Positions 14,793 through 22,681 of a stretch of DNA of 32,000 nucleotides are shown here, piece by piece. Below the pieces are notes generated by a model that did not search any database, was not told the origin of the DNA, and worked only from the letters and a program-made list of their open reading frames with translations. Numbering within the stretch: position 1 is the stretch's first letter; every line of letters begins with the position of its first letter. The translations under genes were made by a program, and so were the position numbers. This stretch comes from Geotalea uraniireducens Rf4 (GTDB lineage: Bacteria; Desulfobacterota; Desulfuromonadia; Geobacterales; Geobacteraceae): the NCBI RefSeq assembly GCF_000016745.1, contig NC_009483.1, positions 3,090,001 to 3,122,000 of the forward strand, in the 5' to 3' direction.

Positions 14793-15665
14793 TTAATTAT
14801 TCTTTGTTTTCTTCATCGGCCTCAGATCGCTCGTGGTTTTTACCGAGCCATCTTTGTCGATGTAAAACTCTCCGCCATAAGGGTCTACGGGTATCTGACT
14901 GATGATACGATGTTCAATCAAGGCGTTGAGATTATCAGGATTCTTACCGAATTTATCTTTATATACCACTTCGCCCTTTTCCAGGTAAAGAATTGCCTTT
15001 AACGCCTCGAGACGGGTTTCGTAGTCTTTGCGAATAGTTTTTTCCTTGGTTGTCTTCAGCATACCTTCCAGAAAAATAATGGCATTTTCCGTTCTGTTGC
15101 CTTTGTAAGCCAAACGAGCCGCAAAATAACCATAGAAGGGGTCAGCGCCAGGTTTTTTCGACGCCTTCATCAGATATTCGGCCGCCTTATCATTTTCACC
15201 AAGAAAATAATAGTAATTAAAGCCCAAGAAAAATGGCAGCCAATAGTCCCAATCGCGGTAACGGCTCCCTTTTGCCAGGAATCTATTGGTTTCAGCCACC
15301 CGCTTGGCTTCCCATCCCAGTACACCATTGGCCAGAAAATAGGGATCGAGAAAATAGGGATCAAGATCGGTCGAAGCCTTTAACACATTGTAAAGCCAGT
15401 CATATTCCCACTCTTTTACATTGCGCTGACTTTTTCCAACCCAAGTACTGCCGTAAAAGACCAGCGACTTGAGATAGAGAACATCGGAGGCAAGACCGTC
15501 ATACTCCAGGCTGGTGATCTTCAGGACCGGCGACGGCAGCACAACATTCACCTCTTCACCTTTTGGCAGTCTCTTGTTCGTAAGAGAAACATACGAAAGT
15601 GTGCTGAAATAGCCCGGAATAAGAACACCCAGCAGCACCACAGGAAAGATCCGCGAGATTCTCAT
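14793..15665 (-). CDS. Membrane-anchored helical-repeat (TPR-like) protein of unknown function, translationally coupled to the ABC-2 permease.
   Basis: It has an N-terminal TM anchor (IFPVVLLGVLIPGYF). The ATGA start/stop overlap with the upstream permease is at 15662-15665. The C-terminal half is rich in repeated amphipathic helices. Confidence 0.7.
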   Translation of the reverse strand: MRISRIFPVVLLGVLIPGYFSTLSYVSLTNKRLPKGEEVNVVLPSPVLKITSLEYDGLASDVLYLKSLVFYGSTWVGKSQRNVKEWEYDWLYNVLKASTDLDPYFLDPYFLANGVLGWEAKRVAETNRFLAKGSRYRDWDYWLPFFLGFNYYYFLGENDKAAEYLMKASKKPGADPFYGYFAARLAYKGNRTENAIIFLEGMLKTTKEKTIRKDYETRLEALKAILYLEKGEVVYKDKFGKNPDNLNALIEHRIISQIPVDPYGGEFYIDKDGSVKTTSDLRPMKKTKNN

Positions 15666-16474
15666 GGAAATTCCTTTTTTCTGAAAATCAGACAGGCCAG
15701 CGTCATGACGATGGCAGAATAAATAATCGAATATGCCACAATGCCGAAGACGTACGACGCAGGAATTGACAAGCCGTGGGCCGCCTGAATCTTGATGTCA
15801 AAGAACGACAAGTTGGGGAAAATATAATACGCTGCCTGTACGACCTTGACCGTGACCGGAGAAACCGTAATCCCAACCGCTTGCGGAGCCTCAACCAAGG
15901 CCTTGACGTCGTTTAACGACATGCCGATTATGTAGGATATGATTGTGAGGATAAATGTCAGGAACGACGTGCTGGTAAACGAGGCAAACAGAAAACTTAG
16001 GGCTGAAACCAGCATGAGCATCAGTGTCGTAAAGAAGAATGACAGTCCGACCAGAGGCCATGAAAAACGCTGGAAATACGCTGGATGCCCAAACTTTATC
16101 AGCAGCAGGGAAACGGCGGCAAAACAGCTGAGAATGCAGAGGCAGACCGTAAGCAGAAGGATTACCCCGAAATATTTTCCTATCAGATACTGTGAGCGCG
16201 ATATCGGTTTTGCCAGAACCATGTAGATGGTCTTGCGGTCAAGATCCTTGGCCAAAAGATTGATCCCGACGAACAGCACCAGCAACAGGCCAGAAAAGGA
16301 AACGGCCGACAGAGCGATATCCACGGCCACTTTGCCGACTTCCTGACCGACCATATCAGAAATGATGAAGTTTGCCAGCAGCATCAGGAGAGCCAGCAGT
16401 GAAATACCATAGATAGATCTGTTTCTGATGCCCTCTTTAAACGTTATCAGTGCAATCGGCAAGAGCAGTTGCAT
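15662..16474 (-). CDS. ABC-2 type transporter permease.
   Basis: The 270-aa product has about 6 predicted hydrophobic spans. Its start lies 2 nt after the ATPase stop (TGACAATG). Confidence 0.8.
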   Translation of the reverse strand: MQLLLPIALITFKEGIRNRSIYGISLLALLMLLANFIISDMVGQEVGKVAVDIALSAVSFSGLLLVLFVGINLLAKDLDRKTIYMVLAKPISRSQYLIGKYFGVILLLTVCLCILSCFAAVSLLLIKFGHPAYFQRFSWPLVGLSFFFTTLMLMLVSALSFLFASFTSTSFLTFILTIISYIIGMSLNDVKALVEAPQAVGITVSPVTVKVVQAAYYIFPNLSFFDIKIQAAHGLSIPASYVFGIVAYSIIYSAIVMTLACLIFRKKEFP

Positions 16475-16476
16475 TG

Positions 16477-17220
16477 TCAGCGTACCTCCTTGAGACCAGC
16501 TGCGTGTACTTCACGCATAAACACATCCTCCAGCGTTTCGCCATGCTTTAACACGTCAGCCACACTGCTGGTGCGACGCAACCGTCCTCCGACAATAATA
16601 CCAATCTGGTCGCAGAACCGCTCGACATCCGAAAGAATGTGGGATGAGAAGAAAACCGTCTTCCCCTCCCCCTTTATCTCCAAAATGATATCGCCGACCA
16701 TCTTTCTGCCGATCGGGTCAAGGCCACTCATCGGTTCGTCGAGAATAACAACTTTGGGATTGTGGATCAGGGCCAGCGCCAACCCTGCCCGCTGCACCAT
16801 ACCCTTGGAATAGGTGCGCAACGGTCGTTTGCGCGCCTCCAGAAGCTGCACCTTGTCCAGCAGCAGGTTCGAACGTTCCAGAATCTCATCTTTTGCCATG
16901 CCGGACGACTTACCGCCAAACCAGAGCAGCTCCTCCGCTGTGAGGTAATCGTAAAAATAGGGATTTTCGGGTAGATAACCGACAAAACGGCGCACATTCT
17001 TATCCCCCACATCCGTGTCCATGATCGTAGCCTGGCCGCTATCCGGGTAAATCAAGTTTATAAGGATCTTGATGGCGGTGGATTTGCCGGCGCCATTGGG
17101 GCCAAGAAAGCCGAAGATCTCACCCTGCTCGATTTCCAGAGAGAGATTCACCAAGGCCTTGACCCTTTTGGCGGTAACCCCCTCCTTGAATTCCTTTGAT
17201 ACACCCGCAAATTTTATCAT
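16477..17220 (-). CDS. ABC transporter ATP-binding protein (ABC-2/CcmA-like).
   Basis: Motifs present are Walker A GPNGAGKST, a signature-like YSKGMVQRAG, Walker B VVILDEP and an H-loop SSHIL. GGAG SD precedes the start. Confidence 0.9.
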   Translation of the reverse strand: MIKFAGVSKEFKEGVTAKRVKALVNLSLEIEQGEIFGFLGPNGAGKSTAIKILINLIYPDSGQATIMDTDVGDKNVRRFVGYLPENPYFYDYLTAEELLWFGGKSSGMAKDEILERSNLLLDKVQLLEARKRPLRTYSKGMVQRAGLALALIHNPKVVILDEPMSGLDPIGRKMVGDIILEIKGEGKTVFFSSHILSDVERFCDQIGIIVGGRLRRTSSVADVLKHGETLEDVFMREVHAAGLKEVR

Positions 17221-17249
17221 TAGGGCCTGCTCCGATCAGTATTTATCCG

Positions 17250-17258
17250 TAATAAAAT
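17250..17258. repeat. Left copy of the 9-bp target-site duplication TAATAAAAT.
   Basis: It is identical to 18594-18602 and abuts the left inverted repeat of the IS. Confidence 0.8.
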
Positions 17259-18593
17259 CAGTAACTTCCGGTTAGGTTTTTGCACGACGTTTCTTACGTT
17301 TCAACTGTCTAATTTTGTTTGAGTTACCTTGTATTCTTGTGCGACGGCTCTGCTGTTCGGCTGCTGCTTCATTTGCAATCTGATTGCGTAATTCTCGTAC
17401 CCTGCTAATGCTGACTGGCTCCTGGTGCTGCTCACGGCAATAGATGGCTAGCAGCAGATAGGTGATGAGACCACCAAGTATTTGAACCATGAGACCATAT
17501 TCGCTTCTGGCAATCAGGTGATACACCTTTAGGTGGCGTTTCCACCAACCGAAGAAGGTCTCTATGTTCCAGCGCAGTTTATAAACCTGGGCCACTTCTT
17601 CAGCCGTCAGGTCGTATCTGTTGGTTGCTACCCAGTAGTCCTTGCCGTCAATACGGTAACCAACAAGGCGCAGCTCTTTCTCAGTCTGGTTTATACCTTT
17701 GGTGCCGAGAAGTACTATCTGGTCATAGAAGACAATACTGTCAGGATTTACGGCATTCTCTCTGATGACGGTTTTGTGTGTATTCTCCCTGATACGGCAG
17801 ACAAAAAACTTCTCGGCGGCCTGCCACTGGTCAAAGTGATTATGAGACTGATACCCACGATCCATGACACCGGTTTCGCCTTTGTCGATGATCTTATCAA
17901 CAAAGGGGCGCTCACCCTCTTTACCGTCGGTCAGGAATATCTTCCTTGGAATACCACGGTTGATATCGAAGCCGATATGGGCCTTGGCCTTCTTAGAGCC
18001 GCTTCGGTAATCTGCCCATTCCATAGATAGAACAGCATCTATCAAAGAACCGTCTATGGATACCAGATTGCCAAGGTGAGCATATTCATCGGGAAGCACT
18101 CTGCCTGCTTGCTTGACAAGATGCCCGAATACCTCGGAAAGCTGTTCAAGACCACGGTTGTTGATTGCCTCAAAGAAAGAGCTCTTTTTGATTCCCTTGG
18201 GGGGAGCAACACATTCCTTGGCGAAGTCATCCTGATCCAGCGCCTGGAGAAGTTCGCTCCCGGAAGAGAACTCTTCCAAGTGATAAAAGATCAGGGCTTT
18301 TAGCTGATCATCGAAAGTCATTTGCAACGGGCGATACCCCCTGGATTCAAGTTCATTATCTGACTTGAATCTCTCAAAAATCGGGGTAAGAAGCAATTTG
18401 AAAGCGCGTGATTTTCGTCTTTGTTTCAGTCGTTTGAACGGTCGCATATCGTAACTCCTGTAATATTGGATAGTTACGAGTGCGGACCACCGTTTTTTTA
18501 CTCAAAGTCAAGCAAATAATGCGGTATAACGCTGATTTTACAACTTTTTTACATTCTCAAAGAACCTTGCAAAGACCAAACCGGACAATGCTG
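17259..18593 (-). mobile_element. IS4-family insertion sequence, 1335 bp, apparently intact.
   Basis: It has 26-bp terminal inverted repeats: CAGTAACTTCCGGTTAGGTTTTTGCA at 17259-17284, and CAGCATTGTCCGGTTTGGTCTTTGCA as the reverse complement of 18568-18593 (20/26 identical). It is flanked by a perfect 9-bp direct repeat and carries a single DDE transposase ORF. Confidence 0.85.
17272..18447 (-). CDS. IS4-family DDE transposase.
   Basis: The 391-aa product carries the IS4 signature Y-(2)-R-(3)-E-(6)-K in YKLRWNIETFFGWWK and D-containing motifs (SIDGS, VMDRGY). The stop codon lies inside the terminal inverted repeat. Confidence 0.9.
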   Translation of the reverse strand: MRPFKRLKQRRKSRAFKLLLTPIFERFKSDNELESRGYRPLQMTFDDQLKALIFYHLEEFSSGSELLQALDQDDFAKECVAPPKGIKKSSFFEAINNRGLEQLSEVFGHLVKQAGRVLPDEYAHLGNLVSIDGSLIDAVLSMEWADYRSGSKKAKAHIGFDINRGIPRKIFLTDGKEGERPFVDKIIDKGETGVMDRGYQSHNHFDQWQAAEKFFVCRIRENTHKTVIRENAVNPDSIVFYDQIVLLGTKGINQTEKELRLVGYRIDGKDYWVATNRYDLTAEEVAQVYKLRWNIETFFGWWKRHLKVYHLIARSEYGLMVQILGGLITYLLLAIYCREQHQEPVSISRVRELRNQIANEAAAEQQSRRTRIQGNSNKIRQLKRKKRRAKT

Positions 18594-18602
18594 TAATAAA
18601 AT
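18594..18602. repeat. Right copy of the 9-bp target-site duplication TAATAAAAT.
   Basis: It is identical to 17250-17258 and abuts the right inverted repeat of the IS. Confidence 0.8.
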
Positions 18603-18658
18603 AAACAAACACAACGTTATGTGCAAGCAAAACACTGCTCGATTTTGGCAATAGATAC

Positions 18659-18688
18659 AAAAAAGCCGGGTGGAAACCCGGCTTTTTT
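18659..18688 (-). terminator. Rho-independent terminator of pilA; symmetric, so potentially bidirectional.
   Basis: The sequence is AAAAAAGCCGGGT-GGAA-ACCCGGCTTTTTT, 20 nt downstream of the pilA stop. Confidence 0.8.
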
Positions 18689-18708
18689 GTAACATTTTCA
18701 GCACCAGA

Positions 18709-19320
18709 TTACATTTTTACCCAGTTTGGCAACGCCTGATAGTCATCTACATTATTGACTGAAACAGGTACAAAAGCAGCGGTCAATGGATAACCAGCAT
18801 TTAGACCTGTAGCCGGAGCAGCAAACGTCATTTTGTAATTAGCAGTTGAATCGCTATCAGCGGCAAAAATCACATCGCCCTGGAGATGCTTTGCAGCCAA
18901 CGTGTACGAACCGCCATCACCAGCTCCCGCAGCAGCAGTTGTAGCCATTGCAGTTACATTGTTACCAACAGGGATCTGAAGACCGCGCGGGACAAGGTTG
19001 TTATCATCAGTTGTTATAATACATACCGGAAGAGCAGCAGTCGGGGTAACCAAGGCACCCACTCCCCATTTACCTGCACCAGGGAGACCGGCTACGGTCG
19101 CAAGTCCTTGAGTCAAACCGTAATGCTGCCACTCAGCATATAGACTCTCCTGCGATGTACGGATGTTCTTTAAGTCAGAGTTACCGCTGGCATTGAAGCC
19201 CTGGATACGATACTTGGAGAACTGCGGGATGGCGATGGCTGCCAGGATGCCGATGATCGCGACGACGATCAAGAGCTCGATGAGGGTGAAACCTTTGTTA
19301 CTTCTCAGTTTGTTTAACAT
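18709..19320 (-). CDS. pilA: Type IVa major pilin PilA, full-length form (203-aa precursor).
   Basis: I chose the start at 19318-19320, preceded by AGGAGA. The leader MLNKLRSNKG is followed by FTLIELLIVVAIIGILAAIAIPQF, giving Gly-1, Phe+1 and Glu+5. This N-terminus is identical over 24 residues to Geobacter sulfurreducens PilA as I recall it. Confidence 0.9.
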   Translation of the reverse strand: MLNKLRSNKGFTLIELLIVVAIIGILAAIAIPQFSKYRIQGFNASGNSDLKNIRTSQESLYAEWQHYGLTQGLATVAGLPGAGKWGVGALVTPTAALPVCIITTDDNNLVPRGLQIPVGNNVTAMATTAAAGAGDGGSYTLAAKHLQGDVIFAADSDSTANYKMTFAAPATGLNAGYPLTAAFVPVSVNNVDDYQALPNWVKM

Positions 19321-19431
19321 TTTACTTCTCCTTTCGCTTGGGTTTGTTGCTGAACCTGGTTTTATGGGCCAATAGTTCTTCCTATCGGCAATCACCTCAG
19401 GCAGCTTTAGTTTCAATTTTTATAGAATAAG

Positions 19432-19448
19432 ATGCCAGAGATGTGCCA
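19432..19448 (-). promoter_or_regulatory. Sigma-54 (-24/-12) promoter of pilA.
   Basis: The minus-sense sequence is TGGCAC-ATCTC-TGGCAT. GG-to-GC spacing is canonical, with one mismatch to TTGCA in the -12 box. It lies about 100 nt upstream of the pilA ATG. PilR is a sigma-54 activator encoded immediately upstream. Confidence 0.75.
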
Positions 19449-19553
19449 ACATGAGAGGGCACAGTTTTCACACGTAATTTCGATAAGTTAAGAAATCATT
19501 GAATCACCACTCAAATGACAAGCGCCCACTCGAACAATTTAACGGCACCGGAA

Positions 19554-19570
19554 GTGACACAATTTGTCAC
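19554..19570. promoter_or_regulatory. Palindrome GTGACA-N5-TGTCAC; candidate PilR upstream activating sequence.
   Basis: It has perfect 6-bp arms and is centred about 115 nt upstream of the -24 box. It contains TGTC cores like those reported for Pseudomonas PilR sites. It lies 23 nt after the pilR stop. Confidence 0.45.
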
Positions 19571-19592
19571 CAACAAGCGACTCTCACGGTCT

Positions 19593-20966
19593 TTAATCAT
19601 CTTCCATCCCGAACTTGGCCAGCCGATAGCGGAACGACCTGAAGGTCATCCCCAGAAGCGATGCCGCCTTCTTTTTCACCCCACCGCTCCGGGAAAGTGC
19701 CTGCAAAAGGAACCGCTTCTCTATGCCGTCCAGGTAGGCCTCAAGGTTCATCCCCCCTTCGGGAAGATCGACAACGCCACCCGCTACTGTTCCCGCCTGG
19801 AAATTAACCACCTGCGGCGGCAGGCAATCCTCGCTGACGACCCTGTTGCCGAGGACCACGCAGCGCTCGATCAGATTCTCCAGCTCCCGCACATTGCCGG
19901 GGAAAGGATAGGACATGAGCGCCTTCATTGCACAGGGAGTGATTATCTCGCCGGTTCCGGAAAACTGAGCGAATTTCTTATAGAAAAACTCCACAAGCGG
20001 CGGTATGTCTTCCGGCCTTTCACGGAGGGGGGGCATAAGCACTGGCACCACATTGAGTCGGTAAAAGAGGTCTTCGCGGAACGTTCCTTCCTTGACCTGT
20101 TCCTCCAGGTCCCTGTTGGAAGCGGCAATGATCCGCACATCGGCCTTAATTGCCGACGTTCCCCCGACCCGGCGAAACTCCCGCTCCTGCAGCACGCGCA
20201 GAAGCTTGGCCTGAAGCTGCAGCGGCACTTCCCCTATTTCATCGAGAAAGAGAGTGCCACCCTCCGCCTGCTCGAAGAGACCGGCACGGTCGGCTATGGC
20301 GCCGGTGAATGAACCCTTTTTATGGCCGAACAGCTCGGCCTCCATCAACGTTTCCGGGATCGCCCCGCAATTGACCGCCACGAAAGGCTTGTCGTGTCGG
20401 GGACTGTTGTAATGGATGGCCTTTGCCGCAAGCTCCTTGCCCGTTCCGCTCTCACCGAGCACCAGCACGTTTGCCATGCTGTTTGCGACCTTTTCGATGA
20501 GGTCGTAAACTTCCCGCATCTTCTTGCTCTTTCCGACCAGGCCGCTAAAACTGTAACGCTCCTGGACCTCGTGCTTCAAGCGGCGGTTTTCCTTTTGCAG
20601 GCTGCTCTTTTCCAGGGCGTTTTTCACCAGCACCTTCACTTCTTCAACCTTGAAGGGTTTGGCTATATAATCGTATGCCCCGAGCTTCATCGCCTCTACG
20701 GCCTGTTCAGCCGTGGTATAAGCCGTGATCATCAACACCGCGGTCTCAGGGGTCGTGGTTTTGATCCGCGCCAGGAGGGCCATGCCGTTCAGGCCCGGCA
20801 TGCTCACATCGGAAACCACCAGATCGTATGTGTCGCTTTCGAGCAATTTCAGAGCAACTTCGGCGTTTTCCGCCTGCGCCACATAATACCCTTCCCGCTC
20901 AAGAAGGATTGCGAGAAACTCCCGCATGCTCTGCTCATCATCTACTACAAGAATTTTAGTCTGCAT
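19593..20966 (-). CDS. pilR: Sigma-54-dependent response regulator PilR (NtrC family).
   Basis: It has a receiver domain (..[12 protein letters not shown]..), an AAA+ domain with GESGTGKE and a GSFTGA loop, and a C-terminal HTH. It sits between pilS and pilA. Confidence 0.9.
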   Translation of the reverse strand: MQTKILVVDDEQSMREFLAILLEREGYYVAQAENAEVALKLLESDTYDLVVSDVSMPGLNGMALLARIKTTTPETAVLMITAYTTAEQAVEAMKLGAYDYIAKPFKVEEVKVLVKNALEKSSLQKENRRLKHEVQERYSFSGLVGKSKKMREVYDLIEKVANSMANVLVLGESGTGKELAAKAIHYNSPRHDKPFVAVNCGAIPETLMEAELFGHKKGSFTGAIADRAGLFEQAEGGTLFLDEIGEVPLQLQAKLLRVLQEREFRRVGGTSAIKADVRIIAASNRDLEEQVKEGTFREDLFYRLNVVPVLMPPLRERPEDIPPLVEFFYKKFAQFSGTGEIITPCAMKALMSYPFPGNVRELENLIERCVVLGNRVVSEDCLPPQVVNFQAGTVAGGVVDLPEGGMNLEAYLDGIEKRFLLQALSRSGGVKKKAASLLGMTFRSFRYRLAKFGMEDD

Positions 20967-20972
20967 AGAACC

Positions 20973-21039
20973 TCACTTCTCACTTCTCACTTCTCACTTC
21001 TCACTTCTCACTTCTCACTTCTCACTTCTCACTTCTCAC
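20973..21039. repeat. Heptanucleotide tandem repeat: TCACTTC x9 plus a partial unit on the + strand, (GTGAGAA)n on the coding strand.
   Basis: I counted the units base by base: nine perfect 7-nt units at 20973-21035 plus TCAC. The array occupies 67 of the 77 nt between the pilS stop (21044) and the pilR start (20966). Confidence 0.95.
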
Positions 21040-21043
21040 GGCC

Positions 21044-22678
21044 TTACACCGGCAGATATATGGTAAACGTCGTTCCTTTGCCGATACTGCTGTCAACCGC
21101 TATCATCCCGTCGTGGGCCTCTATTATCCTGTAGACCGTGGCAAGGCCGAGGCCGGTCCCGCCTGTCTTGGTCGTGAAAAACGGTTCAAAGATCCTGTTC
21201 ACATCTTCCGGTACCATACCGGCGCCGTTGTCCGTCACGGCAATCCGCACCTCACCACCGGGGCCTTTCAAGTGCCGGCGTTTATGCGCGGCTGACGCTT
21301 TTATGCTTACTGTCCCACCGGCGGGCATGGCCTCGGCGGCATTCATCAACAGGTTCCAGAACACCTGCTGGAACTGGTCGCGGTCAACCTCGACGGACAG
21401 ATCGTCCGGGCAGTCGTTCAGGATCTTCACCCGCTCAAAACGGGAATCGGTCGCCAGCAGCGCGACCAGGTTCCCCATGAAGCCTTTCAGGTTCATCGTC
21501 ACCTTGACCGGCCTGCGGGGGCGTGCATAGGCGAGAAAGTCGGTGATAAGTGCGTTCAATCGCTCGGTCTCCCTCTGCACGATATCGAGGAGCTTTTTGT
21601 CGCCGGCCGCTATTCCCCCGCCCTGGGCGATGAGTTGCACCGAGCCGCTGACGGAAGCGAGAGGGTTCCTGATCTCGTGCGCTATGCGGGCGGAAAGCTC
21701 CCCAATGGCGGCCAGCCGGTCTGCCTTCTTCAGCTTCTCCTCCATCCGCTTCAATACGGTCAGGTCCTGAAAATCTATGATCGCCCCGAGGCGGTTCCCC
21801 TCCATGTCGGTAAAGGGAACTGACTTGAAGCCGAAAATCATCCGGTTTCCATCAGGGGTCTCGTACTCCACCTCCTGTCGTTGCAGGCTGAAAATGTCGT
21901 CGCCGAACGCACTGAACCCGGGGATCAGATCGGTCACCGGCCGGTCGTAGGCATCCCGCTGGGAGACGCCTGTCAATTCCTCCGCATAACGGTTGAATGC
22001 CCTTATTTTCCCGCTGTTATTGATGGTCATGAGGCCGCTGTCCAGATTGGTGACTATGGTGCTGTTCAGCCGCTCCAGCTCCTCATAGTCGATCACCTTT
22101 TCCTTAAGGGCGCTCTCGCTCCTTCTTGCCCGCTCAGCCAGGTAGCCGGTCAGGAACGCAGTCATATAGAAGGCCGAGATATTGATGAAGATCGTGTAGA
22201 GTATATGACTGGCCCCGTACTGTAGGGCCGCGACCTGGCTCAACCCGATGTCCGTAAGCCTCCCGAAGTACTGCAGATCGACGATGGCCCCGTAGAGGAT
22301 GCCGCAGAGGGATGCGGTGTATAAGGCTTCCCTGCGGGACAAAAGGACGCTGGCGTTGATGATGGCCAGGATGTAGAGAAATGAAAAGGGGGAATTGATC
22401 CCCCCGGTCAGCAGAATCAGTACCGTGACCAGGAAGAGGTCCCAGACTATCTGTAGGTAGGTCAGCGTCAGTTTGAACCTGTCGGTGAACTTTAATGCGA
22501 GGAGGGAAAGGATGGAAAAGAGATAGGTGGAGACGATCAGCCTGGTCAGGACGGGAAGCGCCTCGTTGACGACGATTTCAGGCTCTTTGACATTGAGGAT
22601 GGTGGTGGATGCAAGAAAGAGCGAAACCACCACCAGCCTGAGGAGGATAAACCAGGTTAGTCTTTTCTTCTCATCCAT
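21044..22678 (-). CDS. pilS: Sensor histidine kinase PilS.
   Basis: It has a multi-TM N-terminal domain, a PAS-like region, an H-box HEIRNPLAS, and the N/G boxes DNGAGM and GTGLGLA. It sits between pilC and pilR. Confidence 0.85.
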   Translation of the reverse strand: MDEKKRLTWFILLRLVVVSLFLASTTILNVKEPEIVVNEALPVLTRLIVSTYLFSILSLLALKFTDRFKLTLTYLQIVWDLFLVTVLILLTGGINSPFSFLYILAIINASVLLSRREALYTASLCGILYGAIVDLQYFGRLTDIGLSQVAALQYGASHILYTIFINISAFYMTAFLTGYLAERARRSESALKEKVIDYEELERLNSTIVTNLDSGLMTINNSGKIRAFNRYAEELTGVSQRDAYDRPVTDLIPGFSAFGDDIFSLQRQEVEYETPDGNRMIFGFKSVPFTDMEGNRLGAIIDFQDLTVLKRMEEKLKKADRLAAIGELSARIAHEIRNPLASVSGSVQLIAQGGGIAAGDKKLLDIVQRETERLNALITDFLAYARPRRPVKVTMNLKGFMGNLVALLATDSRFERVKILNDCPDDLSVEVDRDQFQQVFWNLLMNAAEAMPAGGTVSIKASAAHKRRHLKGPGGEVRIAVTDNGAGMVPEDVNRIFEPFFTTKTGGTGLGLATVYRIIEAHDGMIAVDSSIGKGTTFTIYLPV

Positions 22679-22681
22679 CGG

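Noticed and set aside
18709-19416. Long PilA isoform starting at the TTG at 19416.
   Set aside because: The predicted sigma-54 start site (about 19422) would leave a leader of about 6 nt with no SD. The ATG at 19320 has AGGAGA and gives a canonical 10-aa prepilin leader. I kept it only as a remark because a long isoform is reported in G. sulfurreducens.
20973-21039. Possibility that the short tandem repeat is a CRISPR array or encodes the LLTSHFS repeat peptide of plus-strand ORF 20322-21134.
   Set aside because: The units are 7 nt and contiguous with no spacers, so it is not a CRISPR array. The plus-strand ORF is antisense to pilR and pilS and reads through the repeat only by chance.
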